Below, in pieces: positions 1-9,835 of a DNA stretch of 64,000 nt (positions are counted from its first letter, which is position 1; each line of letters begins with the position of its first letter). The stretch is taken from assembly GCA_035388825.1 (NCBI GenBank), contig DAOOQQ010000013.1:14492-78491 (forward strand), written 5' to 3'. Source of the DNA: Candidatus Ozemobacteraceae bacterium. Its GTDB lineage: Bacteria; Muiribacteriota; Ozemobacteria; Ozemobacterales; Ozemobacteraceae. The notes beneath the pieces are model-generated. The model saw only the letters and a program-made list of their open reading frames with translations. It did not search any database and was not told the DNA's origin. The position numbers and the translations under genes were made by a program.

Positions 1-399
1 TCCGTAGAAGCCAATCTGCAGTTTCTGCCCATGCGGGAACTCATCAGAAAATCGGATGTCATTGCGCTCCATCTTCCCTACGACGAAGAGACCCGCCATC
101 TCATCGATACCGAGATGCTCGAGCTCATGAAACCGAATGCCATCCTTGTCAACACCTCCCGTGGCGGAATCATCGACGAGGTGGCCCTTCACCGCGCGCT
201 CTCCGAAAAGAGGATCGCCGGTGCCGCCCTGGATGTATTCGAGGAAGAGCCTTACAAGGGGCCGCTTCGGGAACTTCCGAATGTCCTGCTGACTGCCCAT
301 ATGGGTTCATATGCTCAGGAGGCTCGGCGGCAGATGGAGGACGAGGCAGTCGAGAACTTGTACAAGGGACTTGTGGGAGCTGGAATCCTGGCCAGGTGA
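1..399 (+). CDS. D-isomer-specific 2-hydroxyacid dehydrogenase (phosphoglycerate-dehydrogenase-like), C-terminal fragment; 5' end lies outside the window
   Basis: Frame 1 is open from base 1. The sequence ...SDVIALHLP...NTSRGGIIDE..L..AL....IAGAALDVFEEEP...LLTAHMGS is the typical catalytic/NAD-domain C-terminus of this family. Confidence 0.8.
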   Translation, partial: SVEANLQFLPMRELIRKSDVIALHLPYDEETRHLIDTEMLELMKPNAILVNTSRGGIIDEVALHRALSEKRIAGAALDVFEEEPYKGPLRELPNVLLTAHMGSYAQEARRQMEDEAVENLYKGLVGAGILAR

Positions 400-405
400 C
401 AACAA

Positions 406-1356
406 ATGAGTAAAAAAAAGGAACATGTCGTCGTTTTCGGTGGAAGCGGGTTTCTCGGAAGCCATGTTGCCGATGCCCTGTCCGAATCCGGTTTTCATGT
501 CCGCCTCTTCGACTGCAATTCATCCCCCTATCGGAAACCCGATCAGGAGATGATCGTCGGCGACATCATGGATCCCGATGCCGTCGCCCGAGCGGCCAGC
601 GGATGCCGGTATGTCTACAACTTCGCTGCGCTGGCGGACATGGATGACGCAAAAAACAAACCGTTGCAAACGGCGAAGCTGAACATCATCGGCAATCTCC
701 ACGCGCTCGAAGCTGCCCGCATGGCGAAGGCCGAGCGGTTCGTTTTCGCCAGCTCGGTGTATGTCTATTCTGCGGCAGGCTCCTTTTACCGAGTCAGCAA
801 GCAATCCGCCGAGAGCTTCGTGGAAGCGTATCAGGAACGTTATGGCCTGCCTTACACCATCCTTCGATACGGATCGCTCTACGGCCGCCGTGCCGACAAG
901 CGCAACGCGATCTTCAATTTCTTGAAAACGGCTCTCACCGAAGGAGCCATTTCCTACAAAGGCAGCCCGGATTCGATGCGGGAATACATCCACGTCGCCG
1001 ACGCGGCACGGCTGAGCGTTCAGATCCTCGACGCGGGCTTCGAGAACCGCCACATCATTCTAACCGGCCATGAACGCATGCCCGTCAGAAATCTCCTGAA
1101 AATGATCTCGGAAATGATCTCCAAGCCGGGCCAGGAGTCTGTCAAGATCCATTTCAGCACGGAACGGGAATACTGGCATTACGAAATGACCCCTTATGCA
1201 TTCCATCCGAAAATTGGGCACAAGCTCGTTGCGAATGATTACGTGGACCTGGGCCAGGGGTTACTCGACTGCATCGCCGAGATTCACGAAGCCGAGTGTC
1301 GGAATGGGCAAACCAGCGACGGTGACTGGATCGTGGACAAAAGCGACGAAACATGA
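406..1356 (+). CDS. NAD-dependent epimerase/dehydratase (extended SDR)
   Basis: N-terminal Rossmann motif VVFGGSGFLGSH and a YxxxK motif (YRVSKQSAE). ATG start at 406. The stop overlaps the next start (ATGA). Confidence 0.85.
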   Translation: MSKKKEHVVVFGGSGFLGSHVADALSESGFHVRLFDCNSSPYRKPDQEMIVGDIMDPDAVARAASGCRYVYNFAALADMDDAKNKPLQTAKLNIIGNLHALEAARMAKAERFVFASSVYVYSAAGSFYRVSKQSAESFVEAYQERYGLPYTILRYGSLYGRRADKRNAIFNFLKTALTEGAISYKGSPDSMREYIHVADAARLSVQILDAGFENRHIILTGHERMPVRNLLKMISEMISKPGQESVKIHFSTEREYWHYEMTPYAFHPKIGHKLVANDYVDLGQGLLDCIAEIHEAECRNGQTSDGDWIVDKSDET

Positions 1357-2006
1357 TGGCGGCTTTCCATTTCGATGCAATTGTTTTCGACTTCGACGGG
1401 GTCATTCTCGAATCCGTCGACGTGAAGACGCGGGCATTTGCCGCCTTGTATGCCGAATACGGTCCGGAAGTCGTCCGACAGGTGGTGGAATATCACCTTC
1501 GGCATGGTGGAATTTCTCGGTTCATCAAGTTCCGTTACTACCATGAAACGCTCCTCGGTAAAGTTCTTTCTCCCGATGACGAACAGGTGTTGTCCGAGCG
1601 ATTTTCCAGCCTGGTCTTGAGTGAAATTCTGGCTTCGCCCTGGGTTGCGGGCGCCGAAGCTTTCCTCCGGAAGTATTGCCGCATTCTTCCGTTGTTCGTT
1701 GCGTCCGGAACGCCCCAGGAGGAACTGGAGATGATCATCGAGAGACGGGGGATCACCAGGTGCTTCGTTTCCTGCCATGGCACTCCTTCGTCCAAAGGCC
1801 AGATCATTGCATCGATCGTGAAGCGGCACGGATTCAATCCTGGACGTGTTTTGATGATCGGAGACGCCATGGCCGACTACGAGGGAGCCCGGGAAGCTGG
1901 AGTGCGGTTCCTTGGGCGTCTTGGAACCGGCAGCACCGTGTTTCCGCCGGATGTCGCCACGGTCCGCGACCTTGACACCCTGGAGACCTTCATCACTGCC
2001 ACCTGA
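1353..2006 (+). CDS. HAD-superfamily hydrolase (phosphatase, beta-PGM/PGP-like subfamily IA)
   Basis: Motif I is FDFDGVILES. The C-terminal acidic motif is MIGDAMADYEGA. Confidence 0.85.
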   Translation: MMAAFHFDAIVFDFDGVILESVDVKTRAFAALYAEYGPEVVRQVVEYHLRHGGISRFIKFRYYHETLLGKVLSPDDEQVLSERFSSLVLSEILASPWVAGAEAFLRKYCRILPLFVASGTPQEELEMIIERRGITRCFVSCHGTPSSKGQIIASIVKRHGFNPGRVLMIGDAMADYEGAREAGVRFLGRLGTGSTVFPPDVATVRDLDTLETFITAT

Positions 2007-2068
2007 CGTCCGGTGCCTTTACTTCGAATGCTTCTTTTTATAAAATACCGCGCGAAAAGGAGTCTCTC

Positions 2069-2866
2069 ATGATTGCTGCGTTGCTGCTTGGACGGAAAGG
2101 AAGTGTCGGATTTCCGGGGAAGAATCTTTTTCCCCTTCTCGGCCGGCCGTTGTGCTCCTACCCCCTGATGGCAGCAAAGAATTCGCCCTCTGTCGACAGG
2201 ACCTACGTATCGACGGATGACGAGCGAATCATGGAGATCGGCAGGGGGCACGGAGCGGAAATCATCGTCCGTCCTCCCGAGCTCGCCTCAAAAACCGCTC
2301 TGGGTGAGCATGCCTATGTTCACGGATACAAGGTCATCCGGGAGCTGGCGATGAAAGAAGGGAAAGAGCTCGAACTGATGGTGCTTCTCTTCTGTAATGC
2401 GGCAACTATTATACCACAGGCTATTGAAGAAGGCATTGCGGCCCTCCGGAAAAATCCCGAATATGACTCGGCCGTCACGGTGTCCTGCTACAACATGTGG
2501 AGCCCCCTGCGCGCCAGGAAGATAGGCGTGGACGGTCTTCTGCATCCGTTTGTGCCCTTCGAGACGTTCGGAGACCCGAAAACGCTCAACTGCGATCGTG
2601 ATTCGCAGGGGGACGTCTGGTTCGCCGACATGAGCGTTTCGATCGTTCGGCCCCGATGTCTCGAACACCTCGAAGACGGCTTGCTGCCCCAAAAATGGAT
2701 GGGACAGAAGATTTTCCCCGTGAAACAGTGGGGGGGCTGCGACGTCGACTATGAATGGCAGATGCCCACCGTGGAGTATTGGCTGAAGAAGCAGGGCTTC
2801 ACCGAAACCGCGACGCCTTATGAAAAAGGCGGCGTGGCCGCCAGGGGAGTCGCTTCCCATGGCTAA
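2069..2866 (+). CDS. acylneuraminate (CMP-nonulosonate) cytidylyltransferase-like protein
   Basis: The N-terminus IAALLLGRKGSVGFPGKNL resembles the CMP-NeuAc/CMP-Kdo synthetase P-loop-like motif. An AAGGAG-type RBS lies upstream. The gene sits in a neuB/neuC locus. Confidence 0.75.
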   Translation: MIAALLLGRKGSVGFPGKNLFPLLGRPLCSYPLMAAKNSPSVDRTYVSTDDERIMEIGRGHGAEIIVRPPELASKTALGEHAYVHGYKVIRELAMKEGKELELMVLLFCNAATIIPQAIEEGIAALRKNPEYDSAVTVSCYNMWSPLRARKIGVDGLLHPFVPFETFGDPKTLNCDRDSQGDVWFADMSVSIVRPRCLEHLEDGLLPQKWMGQKIFPVKQWGGCDVDYEWQMPTVEYWLKKQGFTETATPYEKGGVAARGVASHG

Positions 2867-4001
2867 TCGTGATCGAGAAACGAGCGGGGGCGTTCGTTTT
2901 GGGATTGTCGGCTGCGGGCGCATTGCGTATCGCCACATGGAAGCGATCGCTGCCAATCCACAGGCCAGGCTTGTAGCCATCTGCGATCTGAATCTCCAGC
3001 GGGCTGAGGAGCGCAATGCCGGAGTCGGGGTGAAGATCTACCGTGACTATCATGAAATGCTGCGCCGGGAGGCGATCGATGTCGTCTGTCTGATGACTCC
3101 CAGCGGCATGCATGCCGAACATGCCATGGACATCATCAGGAATCATCAAAAACACCTGGTGATAGAGAAGCCCATGGCCCTGCGGACGGAAGACGGGGAA
3201 AAGCTCATCGAAACTGCCGAAAAATGTGGGGTTCGGCTGTTCGTGGTGCATCAGAACCGCTTCAACAAAGCGATTCAGAAAATCAAAACGGCGATTGACG
3301 ATGGCTCGTTCGGGAAGATCGTTCTCGGCACGATCCGCATCCGGTGGTCGCGAGGCCAGAGCTATTACGACCGTGACCCGTGGCGCGGGACCTGGGCATT
3401 GGACGGCGGGGCGCTGACCAACCAGTCCGTCCATCATATCGATCTTCTTCAATGGCTCCTCGGGGAGGTCGAGTCCGTTTCGGCCTCTGCGGCGACACAA
3501 CTCGTGAATGTCGAAGTCGAGGATACGGCGACCGCCTGGCTCCGTTTCAAAAGCGGGGCACTTGGTGCCATCGAGGCAACAACGGCAACCCGGCCTCTCA
3601 ACCAGGATCTCGAGGCATCCATTTCTATTCTCGGAGAAAAAGGCACCGCCATCGTTGAGGGCGCTTCGGTCAATCGGCTTACGACGTGGACGTTCGGCGA
3701 TATCGATCTGAACGCTCATTCCGAAGCGCCGCCGAACGTCTATGGTTTTGGTCACAATGTCATCATCGACAATGTCGTCGATGTCCTCCTCCGGGGGGGC
3801 GCGCCTCTCGTCTCGGGCCAGGAAGGCCTCGCTGCGGTCCGCATTCTGCATGCTCTGTATGCCTCCATCGAACGCAACGGCGAAGTGGTTCGACTCGACG
3901 ATCATCCGGTTTCCCGCCGATTCGGCCTTCTGGACGAGAAAAGTCGCCCGATCGCGGATCTGTACAGGACTTCAAGCGTATTGGGCGGCAAGAGCCAATG
4001 A
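2859..4001 (+). CDS. Gfo/Idh/MocA family oxidoreductase
   Basis: Rossmann motif RFGIVGCGRIAYRHMEAI and an EKPMAL motif. I chose the internal ATG at 2859 (RBS AGGGGAG, 8-nt overlap with the previous gene) rather than the ORF-track start at 2820. Confidence 0.85.
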   Translation: MANRDRETSGGVRFGIVGCGRIAYRHMEAIAANPQARLVAICDLNLQRAEERNAGVGVKIYRDYHEMLRREAIDVVCLMTPSGMHAEHAMDIIRNHQKHLVIEKPMALRTEDGEKLIETAEKCGVRLFVVHQNRFNKAIQKIKTAIDDGSFGKIVLGTIRIRWSRGQSYYDRDPWRGTWALDGGALTNQSVHHIDLLQWLLGEVESVSASAATQLVNVEVEDTATAWLRFKSGALGAIEATTATRPLNQDLEASISILGEKGTAIVEGASVNRLTTWTFGDIDLNAHSEAPPNVYGFGHNVIIDNVVDVLLRGGAPLVSGQEGLAAVRILHALYASIERNGEVVRLDDHPVSRRFGLLDEKSRPIADLYRTSSVLGGKSQ

Positions 4002-4966
4002 CGACCTATCTCATAACCGGCGGGGCGGGTTTCATCGGTTCGAATTTGGCCAGGAAGCTGGTCGAGACCGGCAACACGGTCTTCGTTCTCGACGACCTTT
4101 CCACGGGATTCGAGCGGAACGTTCCCGCCGGCGCGACCCTTCTCCGGGCGGATATCAGAGACGCCCGCATGCTCGAACGCCTGCCGTTACCGGCAAAGCT
4201 CGATGTCGTGTACCATTTTGCGGCGCAGTCTTCGGGAGAGGCATCGTTCGACGATCCGTCGCGAGATATCGAAATCAACTATCATGGAACGTGGAACATT
4301 CTCGAGATGGCGCGCAGGCACAAGGCCACCCGGTTCATGTATGCCAGCTCCATGAGCGTTTACGGCGAGGCTCCTTCGGATCATTCCCGGTTATCCGAGG
4401 AGTATCCCTGCAAGCCGGTTTCCTATTACGGATGCAACAAGCTGGCTTCCGAACACCTGATCCGCCTTCATGCGGCGCGCGAAGGAATTCACGCAACCAT
4501 GCTGCGTTTCTTCAGCGTATATGGGCCGGGCCAGAATCTCCACAATATGAAACAAGGTATCGTGAGCATCTACCTCGCGTATGCGATGCAAAACCAGCCG
4601 ATCTGGGTGAAGGGCGCCCTCGACCGGTTCCGCGATCTGACCTTCGTCGGAGATGTCGTGGAAGCCTGCAGGAGAAGCGAGGTCAACCCGGCGACCCATG
4701 GCGGTGTGTTCAATATCGGAACCGGCGTCCCGACCACGGTCGAACAGATGGTCAAGGCGATTCTGCAAGCCTTCGGCCGAACGGATTTCCAGAAGTGGGT
4801 CCGAGTGGAAGGCAATACCCCCGGCGACATCAAGGGTTGTACGGCTGACATCTCACGACTGGAGGCGGCTCTGGGATGGCGCCCGACGATGACGATTGAG
4901 CAGGGGATCCGGCTGATGAAGCAATGGGTGGATGAAACCCGAGATTGGTGGAAAACAGATGAATGA
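3998..4966 (+). CDS. NAD-dependent epimerase/dehydratase (UDP-hexose 4-epimerase-like SDR)
   Basis: Motifs ITGGAGFIGSNL and YGCNKLASE (YxxxK). The ATG at 3998 overlaps the upstream stop (ATGA). The longer ORF-track start at 3686 gives an Arg/Pro-rich, non-protein-like extension. Confidence 0.85.
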   Translation: MTTYLITGGAGFIGSNLARKLVETGNTVFVLDDLSTGFERNVPAGATLLRADIRDARMLERLPLPAKLDVVYHFAAQSSGEASFDDPSRDIEINYHGTWNILEMARRHKATRFMYASSMSVYGEAPSDHSRLSEEYPCKPVSYYGCNKLASEHLIRLHAAREGIHATMLRFFSVYGPGQNLHNMKQGIVSIYLAYAMQNQPIWVKGALDRFRDLTFVGDVVEACRRSEVNPATHGGVFNIGTGVPTTVEQMVKAILQAFGRTDFQKWVRVEGNTPGDIKGCTADISRLEAALGWRPTMTIEQGIRLMKQWVDETRDWWKTDE

Positions 4967-5864
4967 CACACATCCCGAATGCAATCTGTGCCGCTCTGGG
5001 GCGGTTCGCCTCCGCAAGAGCGGGGTATACGGCAATCCGGCGCAGAGTATCCATATCTGCGAGTCATGCGGCCATACATTCCTGTGGCCGCTCTTGACGG
5101 ATGCAGAAGAAGAAGAATTCTATATTCAGGACTATCCTGCTTTTCTTCTGAAGCGTGGCGATGTCAAGTGCACATCTCCGGAAGAGCATTTTCGCAGAAA
5201 TGGCGGGGAAGCCAGGCGCCGCTTCCCTTTCATTCGGCCGTTGCTGTCGCCGACGGCACGCGTCCTGGAAATAGGCTCGGCGAGCGGTTTTTTTCTCGAT
5301 TTTCTCCGGCCGCATGTCGGCGAGCTGCTGGGAGTTGAGCCCAACGCCGATCATGCTGCCCATGCAAACGCGAAAAACATTCCGACCGTTGGAGACCTGC
5401 GGGAAGTGAAGGACCGCAGGTTCGATCTGATTTTTTCCTACTACGTTCTGGAGCATGTCAAGGATCCATCGGGATTCGTGAACGTCATGGCGCAATTGCT
5501 GGCCTCTCCCGAAAGCATTCTGGTGACGGAAATTCCGAACGGTCAGGAGGCACTGGTCTCATTCTACAAGTCGAAGGCCTATGATGAGTTCGTCTGGCAG
5601 CGGGCTCATTGCAGCTATTTTTCCGTGCCTGTCCTGAAGCACCTGTTCGAGAACGCGGGGTTTGAATCCGAATTCATCCCGGTTCAGCGCTACGACATTT
5701 CGAACCACATGCACTGGCTGATCGAGGGAAAACCCGGCGGCCAGGCGAAATATACCGAAGTGTATTCAGAAGCATTGAACCAGGAATACCAGAAATGTCT
5801 TTGTAACAACTGGCTGTGCGATAGCATCCTTGTGTTTTCCCGCCCGACAAGGAGGACAAAATGA
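4959..5864 (+). CDS. class I SAM-dependent methyltransferase with N-terminal Cys4 zinc ribbon
   Basis: Zinc ribbon CNLCRSG...CESCGH. Motif I-like VLEIGSASGFF. An acidic/hydrophobic post-I/II block (FDLIFSYYVLEHV). An alternative start lies at 4932. Confidence 0.7.
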   Translation: MNDTHPECNLCRSGAVRLRKSGVYGNPAQSIHICESCGHTFLWPLLTDAEEEEFYIQDYPAFLLKRGDVKCTSPEEHFRRNGGEARRRFPFIRPLLSPTARVLEIGSASGFFLDFLRPHVGELLGVEPNADHAAHANAKNIPTVGDLREVKDRRFDLIFSYYVLEHVKDPSGFVNVMAQLLASPESILVTEIPNGQEALVSFYKSKAYDEFVWQRAHCSYFSVPVLKHLFENAGFESEFIPVQRYDISNHMHWLIEGKPGGQAKYTEVYSEALNQEYQKCLCNNWLCDSILVFSRPTRRTK

Positions 5865-6934
5865 TACATCCGCGGCCGGTTGTCGAAAACCTGCATCGGA
5901 CTTCCCAGGAGAGTCGCAAAGGGTATTTGCGGCTCGAAATGAACGAGTGCCCTGACGGTCTGCCTGCGGATTTCGTGGAGAGTTGCCTGCGGGAGATCAC
6001 CCCCGAGTTCCTTGCGACCTATCCCGAATACGATGAGCTGATGGCTCTGATCTCCCGGCACGAGGGCTTGGTCTCTTCCGGGCAGATATTTCTCTCCAAC
6101 GGCTCGGATTCGGCAATCAAGCATGTGTTTGAGGCGTTTGTCGCCCCTGGCGACAGCATCCTTCTGGCGAATCCCTGTTTCGCCATGTATCCCGTCTATG
6201 CACAGCTATACCAGGCCAAATTGATCGGCGTGGAATACCAGCCGGACCTTGCCTTTCCGACGGAAGCCTTCCTGGAACGCATGGGAAAAGACGTCCGACT
6301 TGCGGTCGTCGTTAATCCCAACAACCCCTGTGGATCTCACGTTCCCAGCGAAGCTCTCCTGCAGATCCTGACGAAAGCGGCACAGAACGGGACGCTTGTG
6401 ATCGTCGACGAGGCCTATCATTACTTTTTCCCGGAAACGGCAATTCCGTTGATCGCGAAATTTCCCAACCTTCTCGTGACGAGAACGTTCTCGAAACTGT
6501 GCGCTCTTGCCGCAGCGAGAATCGGATTCGCCGCCGGCCACCCGGATATCGTTGGCGCTTTGCGAAAAGTCCGGCCAACATATGATGTCAACGGGATCGG
6601 CGTCCTGCTTGCCAAGCGCTTTCTCGAACAGCCCGATCTTATCCGGAAAGCCCTCCTTGGGGTCCAGCAGGGGCGTGACTGGCTTGCGAGCCGGCTTCGC
6701 GAGAAGGAAATTCCCTTCCGGACGACGGATGCAAACTTCCTGCTGATCGATGCCGGAGACCGTGTTACCCGGATCATGCAGGCGCTGCGCAACGAAAAAG
6801 TGCTCGTTGGAGGGGGATTTCCCTATCCCTTCCTGAAAAACTACATCCGGGTCAGCATCGCACATAAAGCCACCATGCAGGCTTTTTGGAACATTTTCGA
6901 ACGGGTTTGGGACGAACATGCCAGGTCTCATTGA
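5861..6934 (+). CDS. PLP-dependent aminotransferase, class I/II (histidinol-phosphate aminotransferase-like)
   Basis: Motifs NPNNPCG and a PLP-lysine motif TFSKLCALAAARIGFAAG. GGAGG RBS upstream. ATGA overlap with the upstream stop. Confidence 0.8.
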   Translation: MIHPRPVVENLHRTSQESRKGYLRLEMNECPDGLPADFVESCLREITPEFLATYPEYDELMALISRHEGLVSSGQIFLSNGSDSAIKHVFEAFVAPGDSILLANPCFAMYPVYAQLYQAKLIGVEYQPDLAFPTEAFLERMGKDVRLAVVVNPNNPCGSHVPSEALLQILTKAAQNGTLVIVDEAYHYFFPETAIPLIAKFPNLLVTRTFSKLCALAAARIGFAAGHPDIVGALRKVRPTYDVNGIGVLLAKRFLEQPDLIRKALLGVQQGRDWLASRLREKEIPFRTTDANFLLIDAGDRVTRIMQALRNEKVLVGGGFPYPFLKNYIRVSIAHKATMQAFWNIFERVWDEHARSH

Positions 6935-7799
6935 GCGTTTCTTCAAACGGGTGCTTGCCTGCGTTCGGCCCGATGACAAACGTCGTCTGGCAGAACGATG
7001 GAAGCTGTTTCAGCTGAACCAGGCCTTGCGGCAACAGCGGCTTTCCGAAACGGTGGCGAGATTGCGTGAGATCGTTCCCGACATTCGCAACCAGGAATCT
7101 CGCCAGATCGAAGAAACCGATTTTCTGGAACTGAAACGCCGGGGTCTCCAGGCGTTCCAGTGCGATCTCATGCTCGAGGCCCTCCGGGATGCCCCGTCAT
7201 CCGGCTTCTTCGTCGTGGATATCGGGGATTCGGCCGGAACCCATATGCGGTATCTGCGCGGCCTTCTCCCGGATCATGTGGGATTGGAAACGTTGAGCGT
7301 GAATCTGGACCCCAGAGCCGTCGAGAAGATCCGGGAACGTGGTCTTCCCGCCTTGTTGTGCCGGGCCGAGGAGTTGAGCCTCGACCATCCGATCCATCTG
7401 TTCGTCTCTTTTGAGATGCTCGAACACCTGCACAATCCAGCCATCTTTTTCCGGCGATTGTCCCGAGACGGGAAGGGGCGCCGCCTGGCGTTGACGGTTC
7501 CCTACCTCCGCCAGAGCAGAGTGGGCTTGCATCATGTGAGGAGCAAGGACAATTCGAGGATCTATGCAGAAGACGAGCATATCTTTGAACTGTCACCGGC
7601 AGACTGGACTCTCCTGATTGAACACTCGGGATGGAAGGTCGTTCAAGAGCGCATTTACTATCAATATCCTCGCGGAATTCCTGTCGTGAGTTCCCTGATG
7701 GCCTCCTATTGGCGATGGTTCGACTTTGAAGGATTCTGGGGTGTGATTCTCGAGCCGGATCCGACGTATGCTGATTCATATCTGGACTGGGAAGGCTGA
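6918..7799 (+). CDS. putative SAM-dependent methyltransferase-like protein
   Basis: A degenerate motif I (VVDIGDSAGTH) and a FEMLEHLHNP block. The assignment is weak. Confidence 0.55.
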   Translation: MPGLIERFFKRVLACVRPDDKRRLAERWKLFQLNQALRQQRLSETVARLREIVPDIRNQESRQIEETDFLELKRRGLQAFQCDLMLEALRDAPSSGFFVVDIGDSAGTHMRYLRGLLPDHVGLETLSVNLDPRAVEKIRERGLPALLCRAEELSLDHPIHLFVSFEMLEHLHNPAIFFRRLSRDGKGRRLALTVPYLRQSRVGLHHVRSKDNSRIYAEDEHIFELSPADWTLLIEHSGWKVVQERIYYQYPRGIPVVSSLMASYWRWFDFEGFWGVILEPDPTYADSYLDWEG

Positions 7800-8077
7800 T
7801 ATACCCATCCGTGGGCGTTGTCGGAACACACCGTTTTGTCATGCCGAGCCAGATGAAATCGGAACTCTTTCCATGCCACGGCTCGAGTCGCGGTATCCGG
7901 AACGCCGGAGTTGCCAGACACCGCCGGCTTTCTGAAGAATAGGCATGCGAATATAATTTCTGGAGCCTTCCGTTACGGGCCCAGGACTTCGTGAAATCTC
8001 CAATGGAAGTCAATCTCCATCTGTTCTTGGTATCTGGAACGAAAGACGTTGTAAATCTGATCTGGGAAACAATCTGA

Positions 8078-9835
8078 ATGAACAGTCAAGGCAATAGGGA
8101 GATTCCTGAATCGGGATGGAAATTTGATTTTTCCCCGCAGGGAGTGCTTCCGACGTATTGGCGCCAGAAGTTTGATTCTGTTGTTTCTCACTGCAGAATG
8201 CGTTTTACCACCCTGACGGACGAAGTCTCTGAAACGTATGGCAATGATATCTCCTGGTGGGTTTCAGAGCTGGCCTGCCGGAATTCGCTCACCAACGAGT
8301 TTTTCCTTGAATATTGCCGGATACATTTTATTCGGGAATTGATGAGCAATGGGGTTGAGATCGCCGAAATTCGGACCGATTCGCCAGAAGTTGCTTCCAT
8401 TCTTACGGGTTTTCTCGAGGGGCATCGGACGAACGTCACGATCATACGCAAAACATGGTGGCAACGGCTGTATGCTTGTTTGCCGCGAGTGAAAGACTTT
8501 TTCCTTCTTTTTATCAGAGAGCTCCTTTATGCAGCGCTTGCCAAATGGTTTTATCCCATGCAAAAAGGAGGCTTTTCAGCAAAAACCGTCCTCATCGATA
8601 CATTCGTCTTTGCGGAAAGCTTTTCTGACAATACCTTCATCGACCGGTATTACGGCCGATTGGATGCGTTTTTCCGCCCTGAAGAACGAGAAAAAATTGT
8701 TTATGCCCCGATGATCATGGGTGGTATCAAAGATCTTATTCCCATGTTCCAGAAATTACGCCATGTGCAAAACCAATTCCTGCTGAAAGAAGATCTCCTG
8801 ACGTGGAGAGATATCTTTTGGGCCTTCGGATTTCCTTTCCGGATCTTCCGGAGAAAGCCGCGAAGATGGGTCGAAAACGGAATAGATTTCACATCCCTTG
8901 CACGGAAAATATGGATTGAACATCTGTTTTCTGCGAATTCCGTCTTGGGGCTGATGAATTATCGCTTTGCGCAGCGGGTGCGGGAAGAAAAAATTCCCCT
9001 ATGCCTCGTCATCGACTGGTTCGAAAACCAAATCATTGACAAAGGCTTCAACGCCGGATTCCGGAAATATTTTCCGGACATAGCGCATATAGGATACGAG
9101 GGCTTCATAGCTCCTCCGACGTATCTGTGTGTCGTTCCTAGCAAAAAGGAGTATGAATACAAGGTTGTTCCCAAAACCATTGCCGTTACGGGGCCGGGGT
9201 TGATCGGAAAAATGAAGGAATTTTGTTCCGATCTGGATGTCATTGCAGCCCCTGGCTTCAGATTTTCATGGCTGTGGAAGGACTTTTTGCCCGAACCGGA
9301 TTCTTCCTACCATACCATTCTGATTGCATTGGACAGCACCATTGAAGCATCCCGGGATATCTTGCATTGTGCCATCACGGCATTGGAGCATGATCTCCCT
9401 CCCAATGTTCGATTCTGGGTCAAGCCCCACCCGGCATCGATGCCCATCGAAAATCTCCTGGCAACATTGGACATGAAACTTCCCCGGAATTTCACCGTCA
9501 TGAAAGGGGATTTTTCATCCATCCTCCGGAAATGCGACATGATTCTCACCAACACCTCCTCAACATGCATGGAAGCGATCGTCCTGGGAATCCCCGCTCT
9601 TATCGCCGTGAGTCAGGCCAGTTTCAGCCGCAATCCCATCCCTTCGGAGATTCCGGGCGAGTTGTGGCGCATGTGCTTTACTTCCGAGGATACTGCGCGG
9701 GCTATAGGGTATTTCTCAACGCATCCCCTGGATTGCAGGACAAGGAAAGCGCTTGGACAAAAAATCCGAAGCGACTATTTCACGGAAGTGACTTTCAGAA
9801 CGGTACGTGACTTTCTCAGGATCACCACGACGTGA
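8078..9835 (+). CDS. orphan 585-aa protein, putative capsule-type glycosyltransferase (KpsS/TagF-like GT-B C-terminal half)
   Basis: Long ORF with visibly lower G+C than its flanks. The C-terminal block VKPHP...CDMILTNTSSTCMEAIVLGIPALI resembles the K-x-HP plus (S/T)S...E(A) nucleotide-sugar-binding half of capsule or teichoic-acid transferases. I did not recognise the N-terminal half. Confidence 0.5.
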   Translation: MNSQGNREIPESGWKFDFSPQGVLPTYWRQKFDSVVSHCRMRFTTLTDEVSETYGNDISWWVSELACRNSLTNEFFLEYCRIHFIRELMSNGVEIAEIRTDSPEVASILTGFLEGHRTNVTIIRKTWWQRLYACLPRVKDFFLLFIRELLYAALAKWFYPMQKGGFSAKTVLIDTFVFAESFSDNTFIDRYYGRLDAFFRPEEREKIVYAPMIMGGIKDLIPMFQKLRHVQNQFLLKEDLLTWRDIFWAFGFPFRIFRRKPRRWVENGIDFTSLARKIWIEHLFSANSVLGLMNYRFAQRVREEKIPLCLVIDWFENQIIDKGFNAGFRKYFPDIAHIGYEGFIAPPTYLCVVPSKKEYEYKVVPKTIAVTGPGLIGKMKEFCSDLDVIAAPGFRFSWLWKDFLPEPDSSYHTILIALDSTIEASRDILHCAITALEHDLPPNVRFWVKPHPASMPIENLLATLDMKLPRNFTVMKGDFSSILRKCDMILTNTSSTCMEAIVLGIPALIAVSQASFSRNPIPSEIPGELWRMCFTSEDTARAIGYFSTHPLDCRTRKALGQKIRSDYFTEVTFRTVRDFLRITTT

